NCBI GenBank assembly: GCA_001662655.1
Contig: KV460228.1
Source: Pseudogymnoascus verrucosus
Lineage: Eukaryota
DNA: 39,311 bases
Direction: 5' to 3' (one strand)
A program made the translations under genes and the position numbers. The notes beneath the pieces were generated by a model. It was given only the letters and a program-made list of their open reading frames with translations. It had not been told where the DNA came from and did no database searches. Positions 8,909 through 20,724 of the stretch are shown here, one piece after another (positions within the stretch are counted from its first letter, which is position 1; every line of letters starts with the position of its first letter).

Positions 8909-11900
8909 CTATATGACCTCGGCGATTGATTGCCTCTCAATGATGCTCTTCTGTTTATCGTCCCTACTAATACGATAATAGTGATCGCAGAAATCAGCAC
9001 ACTTCATGTATCGCAGAAATTCTTCGTCGTGAGTGATGACAATGAGTTGGAAGTTGGACTGTGCCTGTCGGGTGCGGATGATCCCGTGGAGAGACTCTGC
9101 AAGACTGCGAATGTTGTCGCGGTCCAGGTTAGTGGTAGGTTCATCCAATGCTATGAGCTGTGGATAACAGTTAGCTTCTGTTGTTCTTCGAGACAGATGT
9201 TTACATACCCCGCAATTGACGCCGAAACATTCCGCGAGTGCAAGTCGAATAATGATACTGGCCAATACTCGCTGCCCAGCGCTACATCGACCTCTCATGT
9301 CCATTTCGGCATCCTGCTTCACCATGCAGACTCGATAGTTATAATTACTCCTTCCGGCTGCATTTTCCGCGTCGGAGCGGATGAGAATTGTGTCGACATC
9401 AGTGCCCTGATAGGTACTTTGCCAGAGCTCTCCGGCGATGCGGTTGATCTCCTCCATCTTCAAGCTGTGATACTTCATGATCGCCTGATCCAGAGCAGTT
9501 CCGTAGCGGGCCAGATCCTCAATAGCTGCTTTGGTGGTCTCGACCTTAATGTGGGACTCTCGATAATTCTTTGCTGCATCCTTATACTCAGTCTCCCAAT
9601 CATGAAGAATGCCACGCAGTTCATCGTCCTTTGCTCTCATGGCACCGAGAATTGGGCCACGGTCAGCCAACAGTTTTTGATGCCTCATATTCTGCTTTTC
9701 TGCCTCACGGCTGAGTCGTAAGAGATCTTCGTTGGCATTCCGCAACTCAAGTTCCACAATCTCGGCATTCAAGACATCTAGCGCCCGCTTGAACTTGCGG
9801 TATTTGATGTTGTCTGATATGTTTCTCTTGATCCTTTCACTGTTGTCGATCTGCTCTTTTATGGCGTTGGCCTTATCGGTAATATCTGATATATCTGCGT
9901 CAATCCGCTTCATTTCCCGTTCCAGGTCAATAATCGACTGCTCGCATGCTCTCAGCTTGCCTGGACCATCATCATCAATGTAGTCTCGTATGGCTTTGTC
10001 TGAAAGTCTGAGCTTGTTCACTGTTTCAGATATTTTGAAGGATTCGTCACTGACAGCCTTTTCTTTGGTTTTTCCCTCATTCCGAATATTCGTGAGCTTA
10101 GCTTCGGCATTCTTTATTTCCGGTTCGAGAGATTTGAGACTGCTATCAGCTCGATTTATTGCTTCCTGTTGTCCAGCATTGACTTCTTTCATCTCCTGTA
10201 TTCGCTGTAATAGTTCTTCTTTCCTCTGCATCTGGTGATTGGCCTCGACCATTTTACTTCCCGCATCGCGTAGGTCGAGCTCGAGCAAGTTAATGCGAGA
10301 TCGAGATTCGTCCTTCTCTTTCACAAGCTTGGCAATTTGTGCCTTAAGCTCGTCCGACTTCCTGTTGCATATCTCCTGTTGGCTCTGGATATCACTGACG
10401 CTGAGATGGCTGCCTGACAACTTTTGTTGTGACGCGATCGAAGCAATTTGTTCTTCGAACCCAGAGATATCTGTCACATATCTGACAATTGTACTGACTG
10501 ATTTGGCAAGAGATTCAATGTCTAGTTTGGCGGACTCCTCCTCACGTACGGCGTTATCCTGTCCCTCCAGGCGCTTAATGAGAGTGCTACGTTGATCGTC
10601 AAGCTTCTTGATATCTTTCTCGAGGGCTGGAAGTTCCACTGTACTAAGCCGTACGTGCGTCTCATACTGTGAGCGAACAGCCTGGGCATCACCGCACATT
10701 TCCTCCATCTCTTTTAATTCCACCGCCAAAGTGTCTCTCGCGTCTTTGGCGAGCTTGCTCCTCAGCTTTGATATGGTCGCGGACTTTTCTTCTGGCTGGA
10801 ACTTCCGATCGCAAAGATGGCACTGGTTTTTCCGCTCGGCGGTCTCTATGCACCCAGACCAGAATTTATTCAAGTGAGCAAAGTTATCGATATCCGACTT
10901 GATGAGATCACGATCACTCTCCAGCTTTGAAAGCTCTGGTAAATAGTCTTCTATGGTTGGTAAAGCTTGGCCCTCAGGACTCAGAATTGAGTTAAGCACA
11001 GCCTTTTCACAGGACTTCATCTCCTCGAGCTTTCGCTTGCGGGAGTCCCGGGCAGTCAACAGCTTAAATTCCACTTGTTGCACTTCTTGGACAGTAACAT
11101 CACGCTGGATCTGAGCTTCTTGCGTGGCGGAGCTCTTTTGGTCCAGCGCGTCCTGGAAGTCCGCGGCCAAACTCGTGGGCTTCCAATCGTCGCCAACAAT
11201 AGAGGACAGTTTGTCTCCATATGTCGCTTTCATGGTGTCAAGGCTGCGCTGACGGTCTTTGAGTTCCTTTCTATAGTAGTCGAGCTGGGCACGGTCTTCT
11301 GCCATACGACTAGACTGCACGAGTTGGTCATTCAACGTCGATTTCTCGTCTTCTAAATCTCGGAGCTTCGAGTTCTCTGACTGAAGAAGCTTATCCCACC
11401 CAGCTTGCTCCGCATCATTGGTGGACTTGTTTAGCTTCTCCCGGAGTTCGCTAAGAGTTGATTCCAATTTGGCCTTTTGTCCTTCATCAATTTGGATGTT
11501 TCTAATATTGTCTTGCATGCTGACGATGCGTTTATCGTTGTCGGTGACCAATTGCCTGGCATTAACCTTATCTTGCATGCCTGCCGAGCGACGACTCTGC
11601 AAGCTGGACAAAACAGACTGCGCCTCATGAAGGTCGTCTTCTAAGGTTTGTTGGATGCGTTCTAGCTCCCGACTTTTATCCTTGGCAAGCTTGCCCATCC
11701 GGTCAATGAAGCTGTTTATTAGACCATCATCGATGTCTCCTTCATATCCTCGGACCTGGTGTTTTCGTGCAGCTTCTTTTACTAGTTTCTCACGATCCGT
11801 AATCTGACGGTCATAGTTCTCCTTTTCTGCATTGTACTGCCCTTGTTCAGCAAGTTTCCTAGCCTGTTTCTGTCTGCAAAGTTCAAGCTCCTTCCGAAGC

Positions 11901-13045
11901 CTAGCATAGCTTTCCTGGTGGCTTTGCTCTTCAGCTCTGTTCCTTTCCATAGTATCTTCAGACCGCGCCAGCATGTCCTCGAGTTTCTGATCTGACTCTT
12001 GGAGCTCCGTGAGGTTATCCTTCAAGTCATCAACGTCTTCGCGGCGCCGTTCAGCTTGATAACGCTTGTTTTTCAATTCGTTAACAATGCCTTGGAATTC
12101 CTGGGCTTGCTTGGTGTTCTCTCTTGCGCTGTCCAGCGCAAATTGCATGTCTTTCGTAAGCTGCTCGCTTTCGGAGCGTAGCTTTTCAATTTCGTCCTGA
12201 AGTTGCATGGACTTTTTCTCTGCCCTTTCACCTCTGTCCTTCTCCGTCTTGTACTGATCCTCGAACATCTTGTGCTTTGCCAAAGCGATGCCCTGGTTCT
12301 TTCTGACGACCTTGATATTCTCTATCGCTTTGGTGTACTTGAGAGCTTCGAAAATCTCATCGAACTTCTTCTTGAGCACCGAAGGCTCGCTCATGGGCCA
12401 TAACGACTCGTCCTGGTGGCAGAATATAACAGAATCCAGAATGGCCTCAGATACTCCCAAATACTGGGGCATAATCTGGTCCAACTCCGCAACCCGGGAA
12501 GATATCGTAGTTCTCTCGCCATCCTTTATCATCAACAGCTGGCCCTCTAAGGTTTTCTGTGATCTCGTAGTTTTCTTGACCGTGAGTTGTAAACTTCGAG
12601 TGACGACCAGTCTGGCGCCTTGCGTGCCCTTGAAGGATAACTTGACTTGTGCAAGAACCTCCTTTTCACCACAGAGCTTGGGGTCGTGAATGAAAGCTCC
12701 GCCTTTGCTATTCGGGGGGAGTTGTCCCGTTGTAGCGTACTTGAGACACTCGATAATCGTTGTCTTCCCTGAGCCATTGTACCCCACGATGAGCGTTAAT
12801 GGCGTGTGGAACTGTATCGTCTCGCTGCGGATGTTGTCGAAAGATCTCACCCTGTCAATATGGGTCAGCTACTGGCACCATGGGAGGTCCGCAGTATATA
12901 CCCAAGGATGGACAACTTATCGATTTTTGCTATAATAAACTAGTTAGCTGCCTGGAAGGCTGGCCCAGAAGCCGTATGTACATACACCTGTAACCCACTA
13001 TTAGCGCGACGTCTTCAGCTATCTAGGAGAGGGTAAGCTTTACAT
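8909..13045 (-). CDS. RAD50: DNA repair protein Rad50 (MRN complex); coding exons 13045-13044, 12987-12986, 12929-12902, 12851-9209, 9157-8909
   Basis: Walker A GYNGSGKT, Q-loop FCHQDES, long coiled coils, Zn-hook CHLC, signature CSAGQ and Walker B ALDEPTTNLD. The spliced N-terminus reads MSKIDKLSILGVRSF. Introns 13043-12988, 12985-12930, 12901-12852 and 9208-9158 are all GT..AG with branch motifs. Confidence 0.97.
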
Positions 13046-13203
13046 CTTGTCTATCTGGCAGTTCTGCCGCCACAGTAGCTATGTTACATGCCCATGGAAG
13101 ATTTGTTGTTGGGGGACATGGAGGCCGATATTGGGAAGTCAACGAATGGACGCCCTTTGATACCGTATAGTACGTACATAAATGTATGCAAGGGTGAGAC
13201 GGA

Positions 13204-13231
13204 ACGCGACATCACGTGATATATTAACGCG
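13204..13231. promoter_or_regulatory. Candidate cis-elements in the RAD50 / GATA-gene divergent promoter: two ACGCG (MCB-like) cores flanking an ATCACGTGAT palindrome (E-box)
   Basis: Sequence GGAACGCGACATCACGTGATATATTAACGCGAG lies about 160-190 bp upstream of the RAD50 start. Function is inferred. Confidence 0.4.
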
Positions 13232-13572
13232 AGGTGGGGGGTTGGTCTCAAGGTGATGTCCCAGCCTAACTTCCCAAGGGTTGACAGATGTCGGTGATTC
13301 TTACTATAACATAGATGTATAAGTTATAGCATGTTTCATTTGTGAAATGCCCCCAGATGATTCTGGGGTTTGGTAATATTTAAGTCAACTTGTGTGCGGG
13401 TTCACAACCCAAAATGCCGCCAGAACCAGCGCCAGCCATTGCTATTCTGGCTAATGATCCCTCGACCATGTACTATGGAGGCCAAGATGATGGAGATTTA
13501 TGTGTGGGTATTCAAGGCACCGAAAGGGAACTTCGCGTTCAAAACTTTAGCAGAGACTAATTACCCTTTTAG

Positions 13573-15004
13573 ATGATCAATGAACCGCCCATGACCGATA
13601 CGCTTGAAGAGAACCACGTCCATAGCCTTGGAGATCTCCCTATTTTTGAATCCGGAGATCTTCGCCTTGTAGACCTAGGTGTCCAAGCAAGCCAAGATGG
13701 TAAGGGGTGCTTTCTTCTTGAATATGACTGCTCGAAAACAAAGTAACAGGGCTTCAGATGAAACCAGTGCTCCACAAACCTACAATGAGAACGCAATAAA
13801 CGTGACAGGCGCCGGCGCCACATCCACGTACTTTGCAACGCAATCCTCTCAAGTAGGAAACATCGCAGGCAACGAGTTCACCAAAAATCGAAGTTGGATG
13901 CAGGAGATCGTAGAAGAGTTGAAAGATCTCATTCACGTCCTAGCTCCGGATGGTCGCGTGCTCTATATTTCAGACAGCGTCAAGCAACTGACAGGATATA
14001 CCCCGGAAGATATAATAGGTAAATCGATAGTAGACTTCATACATCCAGACGACAGTGCTATGTTTGTCCGCGAATTTAACAATTCCGTCACAAGCGGGGA
14101 TGCTCTACGGGTTTTCTACCGGTTCCGCAAACAGACCGGCGGCGACTACGCGGTTCTTGAATGTCATGGCCAACCGCATTTAACCAGCGGGACTACTTCT
14201 TCTAGTCAGAATAACTCCTCGACGTCTTGCAACGGTTTCTTCATGGTGTCGCGTCCGTACCCAAGCAAGAACGCCGCTCTGCTGGACTCCTTCCTCGAAC
14301 ACAAAATTGAGAATGAACGCCTCATGAAGAAGATCGAGGACCTACGCCGCGAAGACGCGGAGGAGCAAGATGACTACCAACCTCAATACAAGAAAGAGTA
14401 TGAAGGACCTTGGGAGCAATACTCCGCACGGGAAAGCAACGCCGCCTTGCCAGTTGGAATGGGCCATTCTTCAAACTCCGAACTTCTTGCCATGCCCCCC
14501 CCAGCCAACACCACCTCCTGGCAGGGTCATGAAGATGCAAGTTCAAGCAGCAAACCAGACTCTGCGGAGGAAAAATCCGTGGTCTATAAAGGGGCAACGA
14601 ATGTCGAAACTATCGAGATGTTAACCGGGCTCCGCTACCAAGACGGAGAACGCAGCAAGGGTATTAGCACCGGCGATGCCTCTCCCACACTTACTCGTGG
14701 GGATTCAGGCGCCACTATGCAAGTTGATAAGGACGGCAGGAGCGTGGACAAGAAGAAGAAACTCAAAACTGCAGACAAGTATATCTGTACGGACTGTGGT
14801 ATGCATACACCAAGAGTTGAACCGTATCGATTCCATTCCGAACTAACTGACTTATTAGGTACCCTCGACTCGCCGGAATGGCGCAAAGGCCCTGAGGGAC
14901 CAAAAACGCTGTGCAATGCATGTGGTCTCCGTTGGGCGAAGCAGGAAAAGAAGAAGTCGGGGGGGTTCACTTTCAATAATGGCGGTGGGGACATGCATTT
15001 ATAA
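13573..15004 (+). CDS. wc-2: White collar-2-like PAS + GATA zinc-finger transcription factor; exons 13573-13699, 13758-14798, 14859-15004
   Basis: PAS domain (DLIHVLAPDGRVLYIS...DFIHPDDSAMF), SRPYPSKNAALLDSFLEHKIENERL, MLTGLRYQDGERSKGISTGD, and after removal of intron 14799-14858 the GATA finger [30 protein letters not shown]. Exon 1 is less certain. Confidence 0.85.
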
Positions 15005-15446
15005 TCTATGAAGAGGATGGATATTACGGCGTATTTAGGATATCGGCCTGAACATGACCCGGAAGTCATTTTCTAATAACGTATGTACGACAGACTGATA
15101 GGGACAGCTATTCAAGGGGATAAATATAATTATAAATTTAAAATCAATATGCATTCGTGCTCGTCAGATCCCAATAGACAGTAGCTATACATGAGCCTAC
15201 ACACGAGTATTCCAATCCTTGCTCTCCCTCCTAGGATCAGCCTGCAAATTTTCAAATTCTCTGGCGCGCTATGCCGTCACGCAAGGATTGAAACTATCCC
15301 GAATCTTCCAACGCCCAGGGTATGAACGCCATGATATGCCACAATGGCCCAGGACGTGAAGATCTAAAACAAAAGAAAACAGTGGCTGCGATTCGTGCAA
15401 TATACAGTCCAGACCCAGAAACACCATGCGTGCCCCAGATCTCAGC

Positions 15447-16600
15447 CTAGTCGATCGTCATTCTGCTCGGCTGTGGTGCGACCGGGCCTCCGTGCTTCAT
15501 GTCAGGAAGCTCTGTGAAATTGTCCGTCTTTTCGTCCCCTCCGATAATCTTTCTCCTCGTCACAAATGGCTTGAGGCCCTTGTCAAAGTTGTGCATGCAA
15601 ACACATGCGTTGGTGATTGTCAACAGAATGAGTATAATAGTCAAGACCGCAAAAATGGTGAGGGATGTGCGGGCTGGGCGGTACTGGGCCTGACGACTAG
15701 GTTGATATATGCGTACCAACTTGAAGAGGAAATATGCGAGTGCGGCGAAATATAGCAAGATGTTGATAATCATGCCGATTTTGATCTCTCGGCGGGTCCA
15801 GATAGCGGCCATGGCGAGAATTAGGATAGTAATCGGAATCGCGGCAATGGTTAGGTAGAATTCCACGTTTTGGCTGCTCGACACAATGACGAGAAACTGT
15901 ACAGTAAATCCAAGGAAGAAGAAGAAATCGAACTTCAGGAGTGCGATGTAAATCTGCTATGCGTTAGTTCGGTAGACAGAGATGGATATAAGGCATGTTC
16001 CGTACCTGGAATGTCAAGAATCGTCTCTTCATGCGAAGATCCGCACTGATATGCTTATAGATGGTCCAGGCAAATTCGCCGTACAGCTTATAGGCAATAG
16101 CTGACATTACTGCTGTTCCCAACCCAATAATGACCGGGACTGCAACCAGGTATGGGTGTATAACAGGCCATAGCAACTGGCCCTCAGGGAGGTAACTTGG
16201 GCTGGACAGGTACAGATCCCAGACGGCGTCTTTGATCTGGCTAACCTGTACGGAGGAGTAAATCAAGATGCCAAGGTTATACAGACAAAGTCCGATGACC
16301 TGGATAGTGTTCTTCAACCGCAGGGAGTCGTAGACAAGGACCAGTTGATAGATGAAAGCGAAAATAAAGAGCGTGAGATAGGTCGGTATGACTTTAACTT
16401 TGGCTATTGATGGTAGATCAGGAGCAAGTGCGTTCTGAAACTTTGCGAAAATATAACTGCATTAGGAGGTCAGTCAGAATCTCAGCAAACCACCAAACAC
16501 TCCTCACAAAGACTTACGACTCCAAGCCCAGGACCACCGCGGCCTGCACAATTGTTACCACCATGAAGGCCCATGTCCACGTCGTGTTCGGTATATACAT
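15447..16600 (-). CDS. UPF0658-family multi-pass (Golgi) membrane protein; exons 16600-16518, 16456-16006, 15953-15447
   Basis: Three ORF pieces joined in frame by introns 16517-16457 and 16005-15954. Multiple TM segments; motifs KNTIQVIGLC, EFAWTIYKHISADLRMKRR, IYIALLKFDFFFFLGFTVQF, NFDKGLK and terminal RMTID. A possible GTG start at 16720 is discussed under findings. Confidence 0.82.
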
Positions 16601-17629
16601 GTTGCCTTCGGGCGTGTATCCGCGACCAGAGGCTCTACGGCGCTGGCGATCGCCAATATAAGGCGTGTATGCTAACTCTTCTGCGAGGAGAGAGTTTTGA
16701 GGCTCCTCTCGGTAGGCCACTTCGCCGGTGACGGGGCTCTACGAGAGAGCTCCTGGCTGATAGGTAGGTATAGGGTAGAAGAGATGGGATCGGTGGATGA
16801 AGCGGTTATTTCGATGTCAATGAAGGGTTGTTTGTTGTGTTGTGTTGGGTTGAATATTGTCGACAAGTAAGTCGTGTGTATGTATGTGTACGGGCTTTTC
16901 CGTTACTTGGTGCAATGGGTGCATATGGGCCCTACATGGGACGGTCGAGGATGAAACGCAGATGGTTGTCGTGTGTTACGAAAGAATCGATGGAGCAGGC
17001 GGTATGGCGGTCTTGGTGCAGGCCCCTGGCGATTTCTCGTAATGCGGGCGATAAAAAGAGGAGGTGACAAGAGAGGAGTCGTGACTAGAAAATGGTGCTG
17101 TATGGGGGTATAAAAGAGAAAGAAGGAAAGAGCTGAATGAAGTTTGGTAGTGAGGGAATAGAGAATAGAGAAATAAGGATTGTGAGATGCGTATTCGCTA
17201 GAAGGGGTCTGATTTACGAATGAAGGATTTGGGAGGGGTATCTTCTTCAAACGATGGGTTCTTGTTGGATCTACACGGATCCGACACAGTAAGAAGGGCA
17301 GGAAGGGTGGGAACTGGTAGGGAAATAGTAGGGGAAATGATAGACATGGTAGGGATAAACGGTTTGTGGCAGGTAGGAGAGGGTAGGAGAGGAGACCCAG
17401 ACCACACGATGATAGGTATAGGGTACATTGTGTTTGAGGTAGTGAGACAGATAAGACACATATTAGATAACTATTAGATAAGTACCATATACATGCGCAT
17501 ACGCGTACACGAGCACGGTACCACAGTAAGTTTATGGTAAGTTTATGGGGGACCATCAAAAGTGTGGCTCAGGGCTGAGAAAAGTCAATAAAGTCAATAA
17601 AGAAGTCAATGCTTGGGGCTGTGCAGTTA

Positions 17630-18285
17630 GTTGTGATGGTGAGAGGCTGTGTGGCTGTGCCAACGGGAGAGTTCACTGCCTCCGCGTTTACCATGGTCAG
17701 TATAGGAGTCTTTGATTGATGCCAATGCAGCTCTCATGGTCGAGAGGCTGTGTGGCTTGACAAATGAAGAGTCCACTCACTGTCCACACAATAACCCCGC
17801 GGTTTCTATAGGTTGGGCATTATACTGGAAGAGTGAGTGTTATGTGAAGCTCTCAGGGTCAAGAGGCGGCTGTGTGGCTGTAACAAATGATGATGGGCAT
17901 GCCGCTCTCACGGTCTAGACGCTGTGTGGCTGTAACAAATGAAGAGTCCACTGTCCAGGCAATAACTCTATACTCTAGTTACCATGATAAGCAAGCAGTT
18001 CTCACGATCCAGTCCTCACCGTCCAGATGCTGTGTCGCTGTAGCAAATGAAGAGTCCACAAAGCCCACTGTCCACACAATAACCATGATGGGCAAGCACC
18101 TCTCCTCACTGTCCAGACGCTGTGTAGCTGTAACAAACGAAGAGTCCATTACACACGCACAGTAGCTCAGCGGTTACCGTTTGAATCATAACATTCTTTA
18201 TGCTATCCAGTGGTTCTCACGCCGAAGAGGCTGCTGCTGCTGTGTCGCCGTGACAAATTAAAGGGTCCACCGAGAGTCCACAGCA
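17630..18285 (+). repeat. Degenerate intergenic repeat array, about 7 copies of the core GCTGTGTGGCTGTAACAAATGAAGAGTCCAC
   Basis: Core starts at 17646, 17747, 17869, 17921, 18029, 18119 and 18239. Most copies are preceded by CTC(T)CACGGTC.AGA. Confidence 0.85.
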
Positions 18286-18989
18286 TACATACACAAAGAA
18301 TATTTCGAGGTTACTTTGGGCATGATAACATTCTTTGCCACGGGCAATAACATTCTCTATGAGCATCATTAACATTCTGTGTTGTGAACCATCCAATACA
18401 AATACTACAATAGTCTATTCAGTCTCCTGTAATCTATGTGAAACCTCAAATTATATATCACTCTTCTTCAAGTCATGGCACCAGGCCATGTTCTCAATGA
18501 AAAGGTTCCCAAAGGGAGTGCAATCAAAAATTCCGCGATCCAAGACCCCGAAGGATATTGGCCGATGCTTGAGTCCCCGATGTGCAATGGAGCTCTCGCA
18601 TTAGGGCCGAGGATATTCATGAGCATCCTGGCCATCACAAGGTAAGTATGAAGAAGAAAAGAAGAGGTTTATCGAAGGGGGGAAGCTGGATATTTATACC
18701 CAGGCAGGAGCTCCCTGGCGCGAGCTAAGCGAACCTGAAATATTCTGAAAAGGGAAATTGAACAAGTGCAAACACAACAAACTTTTGCTAGCGCGTGTTC
18801 AACACCCAGTACGTACTACCGTACCTAGTCTAGTCTAGCGTCAATAGCTGGACGGACCTCCGACAAGGCTGAGAGAACATACTCTACTTGCCTTGCCCCA
18901 TAGACAGACTCCCACCGCCTTGCGCCTTGCCAACACTCTCTGCCCCACCATACAGTACACTTCCGTCTCCAACCACTGCTTCAATCGCC

Positions 18990-20447
18990 ATGGACGCCAT
19001 GGACTTGACTGATGATGATGTTGCCTTCTTGAAGATATGCTCGTCCGGCGCACAGATAGACTAGTAAGCTTGCCTCGTCTCTGTCCGTCTCGCCACTTTA
19101 CTGGTCGCGTTCCTAACATTGCCCCAGTGCCGTGTGGCCAGCTCTGGTCTCCCGCCTCATATATAGGCTAGAGAAGGTATGTATCATGCATGCCCCATGA
19201 TATATGATGCCGTGGCATACTTGGAGACTTTATTTGCTGATACTGTACCGTTGCAGGTCATTCCAAGCCAGTTCCCAGTCCCGTCAGCGCCTCGATCGCC
19301 ATCAAGTGTCACAGCTTCCCCAAATACCTTACAAGCACAAAAAACACCGCCGTCGCCATCAGCAGATAATTCGAGTCAGAGTGTGGCAGACTTAGCTCAA
19401 TCGGCAGACAAGGAGAACATCACCCCAACGCCCGCGCAGAATACCAGTACCTTCGACCCAAACTCAGCAATTGCGACTAGCTCCCTCCATCCTCAACTCG
19501 ACTCCCTCCTCAGTTCTATAGTCTCGACTCTCAACACTCACTTCACGTCATATCCTCCCCATACTATCCAGCGGCTGTCAGAGCTCATTCTTCAACCAAA
19601 ACTCCACTACCGCAGCCTGCCTGCATATCTACACGCGTTCGATCGCGTCGTCCATGTTACATCTGGCGCACATTTATACCCCCTGCCAGCACCAGTGCCC
19701 GATGCCAATGGCGCCAAGATCCTTACCAACGGTATATCCAGTGGCCCTGACCCAGAATCAGTATCCTGGGGTAATTCAACACAAGTCCAGCCCAACCTCG
19801 GCAGCGACGAAAGCCTGGGTGGTGCTTTGCTGACTCCAATCTCATGGATCAAATCGATTTCGGCTGCGAATGGAGAGGCCGCAGCTTCTGATATGGAAGG
19901 CGAGGTCAAGACGGAGAGGACGGAAACTATTGATGGCCCGAATGGAGCTGGTAGCATCGAAACGGTTTCTGTGTCGGTGAATGGCGTTTCATCAACCACG
20001 CTGGCTGCTGTTGGTGACAGCAACAACAACAGTGAGAGTGGACTACGGGCCGAGGGTGGTGTTACGCAAGGAGAGCTCTTGCGGCAAGAACAGCGCGCAG
20101 GGGTAGTACCTGCAACTCAACTCGCCCACATGCAGCCGCATCCCAATGGCGATGGCGAAGAAGATGAGACGCCGCATGTCCGTGGCCCTGAGGAGATTGG
20201 TATGGAGGATATGGGACCTCAAGGCTCGGGGAATAATCTGCGACATGGCATACAGGGCATCGATGTTGAAGCCGCGGTTGGGAGGAAAGTCGAGGCCTTA
20301 GAGGGCGAGGAAACTGAAGAGAAGCCCTCTACCCCAAAGAGGGAGGCTGATGAAGAGATTCAGGCTAGTAGTAAGAGGGTCAAGGACGAAAATGATGGTG
20401 ATGAAGATATGACGGGCGCTACTGATGCTGGGAATGATGAGAAGTAA
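18990..20447 (+). CDS. PSY4: Protein phosphatase 4 regulatory subunit 2 (PP4R2/Psy4-like); exons 18990-19063, 19128-19176, 19257-20447
   Basis: PPP4R2-like motif FTSYPPHTIQRLSELILQPKLHYRSLPAYLHAFDRVVHVTS, plus DESLGGALLTPISW and an acidic tail. Introns 19064-19127 and 19177-19256 keep the frame. Confidence 0.82.
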
Positions 20448-20724
20448 GGACGGGAGGAACCCACAGGTTCCATTTTCCAATTATTTGCGGCACATCTGTT
20501 TTTATATGAAGTGGCTCCTGGGTATGGGAAAGGTCGCCTCAAATGACTCATGTCTTCAGCTCGTGCAGTTTGAATCGGATGACATGGAAGTTATTAGATT
20601 CCATGGGCGTTTTAGTTACTATGCGTGGGCACTTGCACCATTAGGGATCTTTGAATTGTATAATATCCATTAACTTGTTCTACATATACATATTGTTACA
20701 GTAATCTACACAGGATATCCGCAA

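Noticed and set aside
16903..17559. 218-aa minus-strand ORF upstream of the UPF0658 gene
   Set aside because: It derives from a pyrimidine-rich, low-complexity leader or promoter, has a non-ATG start and a composition unlike a real protein.
17630..18285. CRISPR array interpretation of the repeat cluster
   Set aside because: The context is eukaryotic with no cas genes, the repeats are degenerate, spacing is irregular (52-122 bp), and the 'spacers' share sequence with each other.
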